64,000 bases of DNA from the human T2T-CHM13v2.0 reference genome, Homo sapiens (GCF_009914755.1 NC_060933.1); one strand, 5' to 3'; counted from the first letter of the stretch, positions 44,185 through 58,007 are shown. Notes: generated from the sequence alone by a model not told the origin. Numbers and translations are program-made.

Positions 44185-44500
44185 ATGGCCTTGAGAAGGT
44201 GGTATTTGAGCTGGTGTTGAAGGATTTTGTCAAGAGGGAAGGGAAAAACAGCCTTTCAAGCAAAGGGTACAGTGTGAGCATGGGTAGGAAGGCAAGGCAT
44301 TGCATGGTATACAGAGTAAATGGAAAGTAATCTGATGAGGCTTTGGGTAATACGATGATGGGACAGGAAATTGGAGATAATCTTTGGAACAAGGTTTTGG
44401 AAGGCCTTGGATGAGACTGAGGAGTTGAATTTTATTCATTAGGCAGGAAGATTTTTGAAGGTGGAAGTGATCTGATTCATATATTGGGAAGACAATTTAT
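44185..44500 (-). mobile_element. L2 fragment
   Basis: 'gagaaggtggtatttgagctggtgttgaagga...ggaaggccttggatg'. Confidence 0.6.
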
Positions 44501-44981
44501 AAAATAATAAACTTAATTATATTGTACAGAATTCTTATATGTATACAGAATTCTAGAGTTTATGTGGCTTTTCCATGTACTTTAAAAGCATTTGGTTCTA
44601 CAGAATGAAGTAGATAAAGCCCTGTATGGAATTGGGATTAAGAATGCATGCCATATGAAACCTGTTTGATCACTGGAACTGACCCCGATTATTTGAAGAG
44701 TTCTATAGAGGGTGTAGATATGTATTGTCTCCACAGGAGAGTAAGAAGCTTAGGATTAATTTAATTCCTCCAAAAAGTCTTTAAAAGTTAGTAAGATGGA
44801 AACATAAGTAAAGAACAATTTAGAAAACATCAAAATTATCATCTCTGAAAATAACTATTTAAAAAATTTGATGTATTACCTTACATTCTTTTTGCTACAC
44901 ATATTTATCTGTCCATCCATTCATTTCATTTGATACAACAAAAATGTATAGATATTTTGGTAGATTATATAGATACAAGGT

Positions 44982-45552
44982 TATAAGAGATCAGTATATG
45001 CCATCCCAAAATGTGCCACACTGGCACGAGGATTATTTTGAGCTGAAGGCAATAGAGGATAAGCAGGTATGAGAAAAACTCTCTGCTTTCTCCCTATTTT
45101 CCTAGAAGCAGTACATAGACTTATAAAGACAAAGTTGTCTTCCCCTCTCTACCAGGAAGGACAAAGTTTAGTCACTGAAAACAACTTTTGATGTTTAATA
45201 TCCTGGAGATGGTCAGAGGAATCTATAGAACAAACTTTACTAACTAGCCTTTATCTGCCATTTATTTGCCTTCCCCAAATTTACCACCCCTAGAGACTCT
45301 AAGTTCTTTTACTTTGTCTTGGCACTTTTCTAAAAATTTACTGTTTTCTGTTAAATATACCCTATGAGCTGGAATTCAAAGCCACTTCTTGGAGAATTAC
45401 CCATCTCCTGGGTATTTCCCATGTATATATGAAATATACATGTTAATAAACTGTTTTTACCCCCTCTTGTTAACCTGTTTTTGTTACATAAGTCCATTCT
45501 AACTAATAACCCAGAAAGGGTAGAGGAGAAAATTATTTTTTTCTCTCTTACA
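44982..45552 (+). mobile_element. MER34-family solo LTR (ERV1)
   Basis: 'atatgccatcccaaaatgtgcc...ggattattttgagctgaaggcaat'; AATAAA near the end; 4-bp TSD aggt. Confidence 0.85.
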
Positions 45553-46386
45553 AGGTAGATAAGACAAACACAGTTCCTGTTCTTTTGGGGCTTATGGTTT
45601 AATTTATTCTTTTTGCACAGTTATAATCACATAATAACCACATCTGTTTCTTTAAATTAACATTTTACAATTATTATCATTATATCATTTGTACTTGCTG
45701 TGCCATTATAGATGTGTTATTTGCATATTATTTTACCTCGTAGGTGTATCGTGTATTTTTTTCTGTTGTTAGATGTTTAGATGGCTCTCATTTTTAAAAA
45801 TTATAAATTACTTTTCAGTCAATAATATACATAATTTTTTCTACATTTTAGACTTTTTCCTTAGAAAAGATTCCTGCAAGAATTGCAGAGCCAAAGGGAG
45901 TAAACATTGATAAAGCTTTTGTAGGAATCATTGCTTAACTAAAGGTTGATGGACACTGATTCTCTATTCAGCAGTGTAAGAATAAGCCCATCTCACAGCA
46001 ACCTCACCGTACTGGGCACTAATTACTATTATTAAAAAATTAATTTGACAAGTGAAAAAAGGCAGCCGTTAGTGGCAATATCTTCATTAGAAAGGACTAT
46101 TAGATGACTCCATTTGTCAGAAAATGCAAGGGGATATCTTCTGCTGTTGTGAACTTCTTGTGAATGGAGGTATGCCAATTCAGACTATATAATCATGTGA
46201 TTATTAGTCTAGAACCACTCCAAAGTTTTGCTTTTTTCCTAAAGTATTTTGCTTCTCTTCTGTGGTAGTGATCTAAAGTTAGCTTTATGAAAATGTGCTA
46301 TTTTATTGATAATGGAGAGAAGGTCATTTGATAGGGAAACATAAAGTATGTGTAAAAAAAACTTTCAATAATGCAAATAGTATGTA

Positions 46387-46794
46387 TTAGGTTGGTGCAA
46401 AAGTAATTGCAGTTTTTGCCATTACCATTACTTTCTTTCTTTCCTTTCTTTTTTTTTTTTTGGAGACAGAGTCTTGCTCTGTCGCCCAGGCTGGAGTGCA
46501 GTGACATGATCTTGGCTCATTGCAACCTCCACCTCCCAGGTTCAAGCGATTCTCATGCTCAGCCTCTGGAGTATCTAGGACTACAGGCGTGCGCCACCAC
46601 GCCCAGCTAATTTTTTATATTTTTAGTAGAGATGGGGTTTCACCATGTTGGCCAGTCTGGTCTCGAACTCCTGACCTCAGGTGATCCGCCCGCCTCCGCC
46701 TCCCAAAGTGCTTGGATTACAGGCAGGAGCCACCACACCCGGCTTGCCATTACTTTCAATGGCAAAAACCACAATTACTTTTGCACCAACCTGA
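46387..46794. mobile_element. MADE1 (Hsmar1 MITE) with an Alu in its loop
   Basis: TIRs ttaggttggtgcaaaagtaattgc...ccatt and aatggcaaaaaccacaattacttttgcaccaacct, flanked by TA. Confidence 0.93.
46436..46744 (-). mobile_element. AluS-type SINE
   Basis: Full dimer; TSD ccattactttc (46425-46435 and 46747-46757). Confidence 0.95.
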
Positions 46795-47041
46795 TAATTA
46801 GAAACTGTAAAGAGGCTTGTAATATTTAATGAAAAGAACCGCCAAAAAGAAACAGAAGTACCTGCAAAGCAGAAAGGAAGCAAACCAAACACTCAGCAGT
46901 TCCAAGGGAAACAATGGATCACCGCCACCAGGGCTTCAGATACAGATATGCCATAAGTATTAATTGCTATGTTAGAAGAGAAACAGCCTAAAAATATGTG
47001 AACAAGGCTGGGCCCTAGAGGTACTAATGGCAGTGGAAACG

Positions 47042-47055
47042 GTTGCCATGACAAC
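47042..47055. promoter_or_regulatory. RFX X-box candidate
   Basis: GTTGCCATGACAAC is a 13/14 match to the palindrome GTTGCCATGGCAAC, in non-repeat sequence. Confidence 0.5.
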
Positions 47056-48868
47056 GACAAGGAAAAGTCAACCAAAGGGATTACTAATACATATGAGTGT
47101 AAATGTGCCTGACATTGAATAATGTGAGCCAATTCCTTGGCAGATTCCAGCACTATTTTTGAATCTGAAAAAAAAAATGTTTCAGCATTTATCACATGCA
47201 GGTTTTATTGTGTGGATTTTATGGTAAGGGGTAACTAACTTTTTCATAAGAGGTGGGCTTAATCTTAAAAATAACTTTTATTATAAGAATAACCTAGGAA
47301 CATTAAAGGATATTTTCAAAAGACAAAAGAAATTGCTTGTCATCCTCATCAATACAGCAGCTTGCCTTTTTCTTCTCTTCTCTATATCCAAGTGCATTTT
47401 TATATAACTGTAATCTTAGTATTCTGACATTTTTGCATTCTGCTTTTATTATTTAACCTCATATCTGTAGCATTTTCCGTATTTTAAATTCAGCTTCATA
47501 ATTATCAGTTAAAATTTCTGCACAGTAGTCAATTGCATTATGTCATTTACCCAACCATTCACCAATTAGAAGGTACATATGTATTATTGACAAACTGTGT
47601 TATAGGCAATGCAGAGAGAAAAGGTAGAGTTTAGATTAGCATTACTGAAATGCTGGCTCTTAACATTACAGAGAGTTGAGCTTGTGTTTGGGCCATCATG
47701 CATTACAATACACAAATATCTGTGAGTCGGAGGGTGGGAGGGGTCAGCAGTTCTTGATTATTAGGTGGTGCCAACAATTAATAGGATAGGGAAGAATGCT
47801 TTTCTCATTATGCTGCATATTGCTTTATAACGCACATCTGCTCCCATACCTTGGGCTCTGCTGCAATCCCCCAGTGGTTTTCTGAAAGACCATTTCTTAC
47901 CCCAAATGAATCTGTCCATAATAATTATTATGGTAAAAGTAAAAAAAAAAAAAAAACAAAAAACCTCAGCTAACATGAGTGAAGAAAAGTAACTATATAT
48001 CATAGAATGACAATTGTCCCTTGCATTTGCAGTAAATCAGGTATCTTTTTCACCATGTATTGGAAGCGTTTCTGCTTGGCTTCATATGCTGTACCATTCA
48101 TCTTGTTTTGTGTACATAATGGCGCTATTGGCTCTGAATGACTGCATCAGTGTTTCAGGTTGTTAATAGATCCATTTGCTTCCATAAGGAGGCTTTCTGA
48201 ATGTATGGCAGTTCTACTATCAGTCTGCATGATTAGCAAATCAAAGGACAGCCCCATAAGTCACTACATGTAGATGCATACTTGAACTTGGGAAATTCAA
48301 TGCCAGCTTAATGCCACTGATGATGGATTAATGGCAGACAGAGAGTGGAAACAATTGTTACCAAAACTACTGTTTTGACGACCACTCAATTACTGAAGAG
48401 TTGGGCTAATTCAAATTGACTGAAGGATGTTGGTTTTGTGTAATTGTCATTAAAATACACAATGAATAATGATAAATTCGCATTTTGCATCCCAATTCGT
48501 TATTTGGCTAGAAGGAAGAATAGAAGGATTTGAGGAAGTACAGGAATAAGTGAAAAGGGTTTAGGAGAATGGAATATACACCAAGGAAGGCAAACAAAGA
48601 CACAAGACCAGGAAATTGGTCCCAATCATCAGCCACACTCATTTAGGAAATTTTTTTGGATACTCAGAGTTGTTAGCAAACCACATGGTTTGCTAACTGT
48701 GTTGGGATTTCTTCTATGTTCAGAGATGCCTGTGGGCAGCATTTGAGAATCTGACTTTAAATTTCTGCCACTTCATTTAGGACACTTTGAAGTTGAAAAA
48801 TTACTGCTTCTTTTTCTCAAACCAGAAAGGGCCCATAACGAAGACCTTTATTGTGATGAATATATTCT

Positions 48869-49207
48869 TGTCTTAGTTCATACTGCTATAACAAACTATC
48901 TTAGACTGGGTGGCTTACAAACAATAGAAATTTATTTCTTGTGTTCCTGGAGGCTGGGAAGTCCTAGATTCGGTGTTGGGCGAGGGCTTACTTTCTGGTT
49001 TTTAGACACTCATGTTCTTTCTGTGTCCTGACACAACAGAATGGGCAAGAGAGCTTCCTGGGGTTCCTTTTATATGGGCACTAATCCTAATTCTGCCCTC
49101 ATGACCTCATTACTTCCTGAAGGCCCCACCTCCTAATACCATCACACTGAGGGTTAGGAGTTCAACCTATGAGTTTTTGGAGGGACACAAACATTCACTC
49201 TATACCC
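48869..49207 (-). mobile_element. MLT1A-like solo LTR
   Basis: 'tgtcttagttcatactgctataacaaac...ggaggctgggaagtcc...ggccccacctcctaatacc...gggacacaaacattc'. Confidence 0.85.
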
Positions 49208-49539
49208 TAAACTAATGGCTGTGCTAGGAAGTTCAAATACTGAGGAAAAGGTGATTCTATTTCTCATTGTGAGAGGAACAGCAAATTGTGGAAAGGGACC
49301 CCAAAGATCTCAGATATAAGGGTTGGGAGGGAGAAAGGATTAGAGCAGTGATTTTCAAACTTTGGCCACAACTCACAGTTGCATATTTTACATGGCTTTC
49401 CAGTGTGGGTGTGCAGGCACAACACCAGAACATTTTTTATGAACATTCTTATCCTTACTATTTAAGGCTGGTGTCTTTTCATCAAACACAGCACCATCAG
49501 TCTACTGACAAGACAACATACATTAATTAATCTGATTTT

Positions 49540-49995
49540 TTTCCTGACAATGACCCTAAGCAGATATTATTGTACTGTTTTCTAGATAAGGAAACTGGGG
49601 CTCTCAGAGGTAAGATTGCTGACTATGCTCACATGGCAGTTAAGGAAAGGAGCAGAGGTATAGGTCTGTCTCTGACTAACCTGAGCTGAGCCATCCTCCA
49701 TGTGCTAACTGGAGTTTTCCCTCAGTTTGATTCTGACTTTTTATTAGCAACTAAAAAAATGGGAGACAGATGATCAGCTAACTGTGATATTCAAGGAACT
49801 TCTCAGAAACCCAGGCTTTCAGAGATAATATGGCAGCTGCAAAGCCCTGTGATTAAGCATGGGCTCCATGAGGCAGACTGCCTGTTCTGACTATTGTTGC
49901 CCCACACTGACCAGCTGTTGGACCTTGGGTGGGTTAAAACTCTCTAAACATCACTTTCCTTGTCTATAATGTTAATATAGCCTCCTTTTAGGCTT
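49540..49995. mobile_element. Two MIR fragments (- at ~49540-49720, + at ~49850-49995)
   Basis: 'agataaggaaactggggctctcagaggtaag' and 'ggcagactgcctg...gaccttgggtgggttaaaactctct'. Confidence 0.6.
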
Positions 49996-49999
49996 GCCG

Positions 50000-52395
50000 A
50001 TAGATACGTTAATTGATTTCACTATAGTAACTGATATGGTTTGGCTGTGTCCCCACCCAAATCTCAATTTGAATTGTATCTTCCAGAATTCCCACATGCT
50101 GTGGGAAGGACCTAGAGGGAGGTAATTGAATCATGGGAGCTGGCCTTTCCCATGCTATTGTGGTGATAGTGAATAAGTCTTATGAGATCTGATGGGTTTT
50201 TCAGGGGTTTCTGCACTTGCTTCTTCCTTTTTTCTCTTGCTGCCCCCATGCAAGAACTGCCTTTTTCCTCCCACCATGATTGGGAGGCCTCCCCAGCCAT
50301 GTGGAACTGTAAATCCAATTGAGTCTTTTTTTGTTCCCAGTTTCAGGTATGTCTTTATCAGCAGCATGAAAATGGACTAATAAAGTAAATTGGTATCAGT
50401 GGAGTGGGGCATTGCTGAAAAGACACCTGAAAATATGGACGCAACTTTGGAACTGGGTAACATGCAGGGGTTGGAACAGTTTGGAGGGCTCAGAAGAAGA
50501 CAAGAAAATGTGGAAAAGTTTGGAACCTCCTAGAGACTTGTTGAGTGGCTTTGACAAAAATGCTGATAGTAATATGAAAAATAAGATCCAGGCTGAGGTG
50601 GTCTCAGATGTGAATGAGGAACTTGTTGGGAACTGGAGCAAAGGTGACTCTTGTTATGTTTTAGTAGAGAGACTGGTGGTGTTTTGCCCCTCCCCTAGAG
50701 ATTTGTGGAACTTTGAACTTGAGATTGATGATTTAGGGTATCTGGTAGAAGAAATTTCTAAGCAGTAAAGCATTCAAAAGGTGACTTGGGTGCTGTTAAA
50801 AGCATTCAATTTTAAAAGAGAAACAAAGCATAAAAGTTCAGAACATTTGTAGCCTGATGATGCAGTAGAAAAGAAAAACCCATTTTTTGAGGAGAAATTC
50901 AAGCTAGCTGCAGAAATTTGCATAAGTAGCAAGGAGCCTAATGTTATTCCCCAAGGACCGTGTGGGAAAATGTCTCCAGGCCATGTCAGAGAGCTCCACA
51001 GCAGCCCATCCCATCACAGGCCCAGAGGCCCAGGAGGAAAAAATGGTTCTGTGGGCTGTGCCCAGGGTCTCCATGCTGTGTACAGCCTAGGGACTTGGTG
51101 CCCTGCATCCCAGCCACTCCAGCTGTGGCTGAAAGGGGCCAACGTAGAGCTTGGGCTGTGGCTTCAGAGGGTGGAAGCCCCAAACATTGGCAGCTTCCAT
51201 GTGGTTTTGAGCCTGTGGGTACACAGAAATCAAGAATTGAGGTTTGGGAATCTCCACCTAGATTTCAGAAGATGTATGGAAATGCCTGGATGCCCAGGCA
51301 GAAGTTTGCTGCAGGGGCAGGGCCCTCATGGAGAACCTCTGCTAGGGCAGTGCAGAAGCAAAATGTGGGGTTGGAGCCCTTACACAGAGTCCCTACTGGG
51401 GCACTGCCTAGTGGAGCCGTGAGAGGAGGACCACCATACTCCAGACCCTAGAATGGTAGATCTACCAACAGCTTGCACCAGGTGCCTGGAAAAGCCACAG
51501 ACACTCAATACCAGCCCATGAAAGCAGCTGAGAGGGAGGCTGTACCCTGCAAAGTCACAGGGGCAGACCTGAACAAGACTATGAGAATCCACCTCTTGCA
51601 TCAGTGTCACCTAGATGTGAGACCTGGAGTCAAAGGAGATCATTTTGGAGCTTTAAAATTTGACTGCCCTGCTGGGTTTTGGACTTGCATGGGCCCTGTA
51701 ACCTGTTTATTTTGGCCAGTTTCCTCCCATTTGGAAAGGCTGTATTTACCCAATTTTCATTGTATCAAGGAAGTAACTAGCTTGCTTTTGATTTTGTAGG
51801 CTCATAGGTGGAAGGGACTTGCCTTGTCTCAGATGATACTTTGGACTGTAGACTTTTGAGTTAGTGCTGAAATGAGTTAAGACTTTGGAAGACTGTTGGG
51901 AAGGCATGATTGGTTTTGAAATGTGAGGACGTGAGATTTGGAGGGGTCAGGGGTGGAATAATATGGTTTGGCTGTGCCCCCACCCAAATCTCAACTTGAA
52001 TTGTATCTCCCAGAATTCCCACGTGTTGTGGAAAGGACCCATGGGGGAGGTAATTGAATCATGGGGGCCAGTCTTTCCCATGCTATTGTGGTGATAGTGA
52101 ATAAGTCTCACGAGATCTGATGGGTTTATCAGGGGTTTCTGCTTTTGCTTCTTTCTCATTTTTCTCTTGCTGCCCCCATGTAAGAAGTCCCATTTGCCTC
52201 CTGCCATGATTCTGAGGTCTCCCTAGCCATGTGGAACTGTAAGTCCAATTAAATCTCATTTTCTTCTCAGTCTTGGGTATGTCTTTATCAGCAGCATGAA
52301 CACAGATGAATGCAGTAACCATTTTACTATCTATATATATCCTGTAACATCATGTTGTAAACCTCAAAGATACACAATAAAATTTATTTAAAAAG
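50000..52395 (+). mobile_element. Short L1MA 3' end split by THE1A
   Basis: 'ttcactatagtaac' | 'cattttactatctatatatatcctgtaacatcatgttgtaaacctcaaa...aataaaatttattt'. Confidence 0.6.
50032..52314 (+). mobile_element. Full-length THE1A MaLR provirus (LTR 50032-50384, internal 50385-51958, LTR 51959-52314)
   Basis: Two direct LTRs, THE1-int body, and a perfect 5-bp TSD GTAAC (50027-50031 and 52315-52319). Confidence 0.95.
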
Positions 52396-52516
52396 ACTAA
52401 AAGAGAGACTCAATAAAAGTATTTAACATGGCATCGAGAACAGATTTGGCATTCTTAAATGTTATTACCATGGAGGTAGAGAAGTTGTGCAAGTGTGTTA
52501 GAAACCCCTTCATTCA

Positions 52517-52831
<315 letters not shown>

Positions 52832-53889
52832 TCAAAACCAGGCCCCTTCAGCTATAACCAAGTAAATTTTTTGTTTATGGCAATGTAAATTCTACTGAGA
52901 TGCCAAATGTGTTATTTGACCCAATTGGGGCTAGATGGAAATTCATGATAAACATTTGCAAATTACAAAAGACCCCTAAGCAGTTACTGAGATGACAAGG
53001 GTAGAGTTACGTCCAGGTCACTCCTTTCATTATAGTAATAGGTTCTGTAATTCTCACTAAAAACAATCATGAGTTCTCTTGTTAATAGCCCCACTTATAT
53101 GTATTAGTGGCGTCTGTTCAGTTTCCACTACCTAGGTCTCTCAGTCGCAAAAATCATAGATTCCAAAATGAAACATACATTCTAAAGTGAATGGTGTAAA
53201 CTTAGAAAGCTTGGGAGAAAACTTAAATTCTCACTGTGACTAACTGCCACTAGGATTTGTTCTGAAGATAAACTGTCAGAAAAGCATAGGAATAATTTTC
53301 TTTGATTTTGATTGTGCTGTAACCAGCTTATCAACACCTAGGCACCTGCGTCAAGCATTAGAAGAACTTAAAGACAGACTGTAGAAATGAGAATAGTATC
53401 TTTTTCTCTTGTAGTTCCTCCAGTTTTGTCAGGTAGTTACAACTCAACCTACAAGGCGTGGAAATTATCAAAATTCAGTGATATTTTTGTTGGTCGAAAG
53501 GAAACCAAGCAATCAAGATAATTTTATACATGAAGTTTTATTTTTTGAGCTGAATCTTACCAGATAATATTCTCATCTCTGTCTCCATCTCTATAGCTGA
53601 GATTCTTGGGTAAGTTGTACAAAGCTTAGAGAAAGTTCTTTCCTGTCATCTTCTCAAATTCCTGAAACAAATTCTTTGGACTTGGGTAATGTCATCAATG
53701 AGGACCTCCAGCAGACCTATTTGGAATGAATAAAAGTGGGACAAATGCAAAGACTTAATATCAGCAGCCTGAATCTTGTTATGCTTTTATGATTTCCAGG
53801 ATGTGTTCTGTCCCATTTGTTGCCTTCTCCCCAAATGCATACTGTGTGGCATTGACAGGCTCTTAGAATATGAGGGATTACAATGTTGG

Positions 53890-54075
53890 TAATTATAGTG
53901 ATTACATTTGTTGAGTGCTTACTATGTGTCAAGCTTTGCTAAGTACCCTTCTTTCAAAATCTCATTTCCTAGTCACTGCACTTCCGCAAGGTAATACTAT
54001 TACAAACCCCATTTTACAAATGAGAAAACTGAGGCACAGAGAGGTTATTCATTTACCCAAGGTCATGTAACCAGC
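53890..54075 (-). mobile_element. MIR SINE
   Basis: 'cccattttacaaatgagaaaactgaggcacagagagg...cccaaggtca'. Confidence 0.85.
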
Positions 54076-54639
54076 ACTGTCTCCTGTTGACAAACTATTA
54101 ATGTTATTTCCCATTTCTCAGCCTTGATTACTACTTAATAAATCACCTGAAAAATAACTGCATATTTTGGTTCATAGTAGTTCCTAGTCACTCAATAGGT
54201 CTACCAAAATATATTTTTTATCTTTATTTCTTACCGTCACATGGGGATCACTGACAAATGTTGTGGATGAAAGCCATAGACTGAATTGAGCCATTGATGC
54301 CAGGCCTCCTGCCCCACACAGTGGAGTATCTGCTGACATAGGCCTCTACTAGATGCTAAGTTCTAGAACTTAGATGTCACCGAGCCTTACAACATGTGCC
54401 TATGGGCACAGTAGAGCCTCAGTGACCTCTGTACCCATCAGGACCTACCTGGCTTGGCTTCCATATCCTTATTTTTGGACTCAGACAAAGAACTCTGCCT
54501 CTGTGAAACCTTCCCTGTCCTCTCCATGTCTTCCACAGCTAAGGTGACAGCATGTACTTTGAGAAGCACATTCAGGAGGGCTGTCTGGTATAGGTGAATC
54601 ACAGGGTACTTGGAGGGGGTGAGACAACACCAGAAGGGG

Positions 54640-55230
54640 AGGAAAGTTATTGATTAGGGAAGGCGTTACATACTGTTAGAGGAAGTCAGTATCTTATCTA
54701 GAGGGAAGCACTAAAGGATTTTAGGCTGGAGAATTGACATAAGCAATATTTGAATTTAGGAAACTCATTCAGCAAAGATGCAAGGGGAACGAGGCAAGAC
54801 AGTAAGCAGGGAGATTCATTAGAAGGCTATTGTAATAAAGTAGAAGTCCTCCAACTACTACACACAGAACCTCCCAGAGAGCTTTAAAATACAGATTGCT
54901 GGGGCTACTCCAGAATTTCCAATCTAGTAGGTTTGGGGTGGGGCCTGAGAATTTGCTTTTCTAAAATGTTCTCAGGGGATGCCCACATTACTGATCTGGG
55001 AACCCTGCTTTGAGAATGATGAGAGAACTACTGTTGTAAAGAAAGAACAATTATTTGAATCAAGGCATTGACAGTGGGGATAGGGATGAGAGGCCACATT
55101 TAATACATATTTAGGAGGTAAAATGTGACAGTTTTGGTGATGGGATGGAGGGAAGTTAGGAAGGAAAGGTTTTGAGCTGAGTGGCTGGGTGGGTAAAGGA
55201 ACCATGCCTGAGCTGAGCTAGGGTCCCAAG
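54640..55230 (-). mobile_element. L2 fragment with nested MER5A (~54850-55033)
   Basis: MER5A 'acagattgctggggc...gtaggtttggggtggggcctgagaatttgc' inside L2-like text. Confidence 0.7.
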
Positions 55231-55235
55231 GAGGA

Positions 55236-55590
55236 TGTATTAGTCCATTTTCACACTGCTGATACAGGCATACCCAAGACTGGGTAATTTACAAAAGAGG
55301 TTTAATAGACTTACAGTTCCATGTGGCTGGGGAGGCCTCACAATCATGGCGGAATGTGAAAGGCACATCTCACATGGTGGCAGACAAGAGAAGAGAACTT
55401 GTGTAGGGAAACTCCCCTTTATAAAACCATCAGATCTCATGAGACTTATTCACTATCACGAGAATAGCATGTGAAAGACCCACCCCTATGATTAAATTAT
55501 CTCCCACCAGGTCCCTCCCACAACATGTGGGAATTATGGGAGCTACAATTCAAGATGAGAATTTGGTGGAGACACAGCCCAACCATATCA
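55236..55590 (-). mobile_element. THE1B-like solo LTR
   Basis: 'tgtattagtccattttcacactgctgat...aaccatatca'; perfect TSD gagga. Confidence 0.95.
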
Positions 55591-56767
55591 GAGGAGAGCA
55601 GAATCCTCCAAAGTGCAGTACTCTCAGGGTTAATGCATTTTGCTTCACCTCATAATGAGGGTTTCCTTTAAAAGATGGATCAATTTTTCCACATCAGTAA
55701 TTTCTACTTTTCTAAGTACTATGGCAATATTTTGTGAAGACTTTTCAATAATTTAAGTGTTTTCTGTGGACGGTTTTATGGTACAAAGTAGGAAGGTGTA
55801 AGGGAGAGGGATCCTGGGTGACATGAATGAGGCTGTCAGAGGGCGTGTGTTTGGGGCTACATCATGTTCTTTTCCCTCGCTTGTCCCCTCCAGTGCTGTG
55901 GTTACAGCTGCAATAGGAAATACCCACAAATGAATTCTCCTGATAGGCAACAATTATGAATATTATCATTCAGCAGCCAGGGAAGTTGTATGCCATTTTC
56001 AAAAAGGATGAACAATAATTTTTCTTTGAATGTGGCATAAGGGAAATAGAGCTTGAAAAGGGAACTGTAAGTGGGAGAAGTCAGTCGCAGCAGGATTTCC
56101 TTATGTTTTCTACCAAGCAGGAAGGAAAGAAAACTGTGTTCATCTTGACTTTGAGAAAAGATTATAAATAAATTGCCTGGTAAGCTCTCAAGCAATGGAT
56201 TGATCAGCAGATGCAGAAGCTGCTGGTATTTTCTGACACTGAGCTCTTTCCACCCAGTCTGTGCCACTGGAGGCACTACTGTGACAGCAAATTAGAAAGG
56301 ATGTGCTCCTGGAAAGACACTCGTTGGCCAAGCTGGTCATAATTCATGCTCTGGCAATACTGTGCCTGGAGGAGGGAGAATGAAACATTTATGAAAATGG
56401 CTCCTAGCAACACATCACATTTGTCAAAAGGAAAAAGGCAGGAAAGCAGGAATCATCTCCCCAAAAGAGGCCATGCTGGTTTTGTTTTTTTTTGACTAGA
56501 CTGCATGTGTGAGTTTTTGAAGGTGAACCCGTGGGTGATTCATATCTGCAACTAGCTTAGTTGTTAGTGCCTTATCATATTTTACCAGAGGCCAGGTGAG
56601 CTTTCTTGCAAGGTAATGGGGAAGAATCGGGGCTCGGTTATTCAATAGGCAGACTAAGCATGTGTTTACGGCACTTGCAAAACTGGAGCAAAAAATTTTC
56701 TTAAGGGAAGGATAGTATCTAAAAATTGGAGGAAAGCATCTCAATGGTCATCATGTGTAGACCCAGA

Positions 56768-57000
56768 TTTTTTTTTATTATTATACTTTAAGTTCTGGGA
56801 TATATGTGCAAAACATGCAGGTTTGTTACATAGGTATGCATGTGCCATGGTGGTTTGCTGCACCTATCAACCCATCATCTAGGTTTTAAGCCCTGCATGC
56901 ATTAGGTATTTGTCCTAATGCTCTTCCTTCCCTTGCCCCCCCATCCCCCAACAGGCCCTGGTATATGATGTTCCCCTCCCTGGGTCCACGTATTCTTATT
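56768..57000 (-). mobile_element. L1PA8-like 3' end (~230 bp)
   Basis: 'ctaggttttaagccctgcatgcattagg'; TSD tagacccaga (56758-56767 and 57001-57010). Confidence 0.9.
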
Positions 57001-57694
57001 TAGACCCAGAATTTTGTGGGATTTCTTTATGCCCAAACACTGTTCGGCAAATATAATTAAAAACAAAATTTTCCCGCTCAAGAAATCTTTTCCACAAAAG
57101 AAGAGAAAGACAACAGTTTTATTACTGAAAAAGCATTAAACCCAAATGTGATGTGCATCACAGGCAATCCCTCAAGAGATTGCAAAGATAGAAAGAAATC
57201 ACACCCCTTTCTATAGCCAAGCAGATACAACCTATTCCAGATGTGTTCTCAAGATAAATAATAACTAGTCCTCAGGTAAGAAGACTTGACAGCACTATTT
57301 GTCACACATCCTTTGTTCTAACTTTACCTGGTAATTGAGGTGACCATCTGTGTTAGCTAATTGGCTTTATCCAGAGGAAAAACAAACCTCTCATATCTTT
57401 ATGACAGGAGGTAGTTTTGCAACTTGGAGGATTGTGCCTGCCTAAGTTAGGCTCCTACCCTTCCACAGAAACTGGGAGATAGGGGCACTATCTCCCTTGA
57501 TGTTTGCATTTCAGAGAAATGGTTCCCAAGGCTTTGAGGAAGCCTTTCTGGGTCATAAAGCCGACAAAAGACCTATCTAATTTTGGCAAAGGTTTATATA
57601 CATTTCAAAGAGAGGAGAATATGCTTACAATTTTAAGGTTTCTAAAGAAAATGCTGTAAGAAAAAGGAGAGGAGGGAAATCTCTTTCCTTATTT

Positions 57695-58006
<312 letters not shown>

Positions 58007-58007
58007 C

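Noticed and set aside
50412-51799. ORFs inside THE1-int
   Set aside because: Fragments of the decayed MaLR internal ORF, broken by stops and frameshifts; not a host gene.
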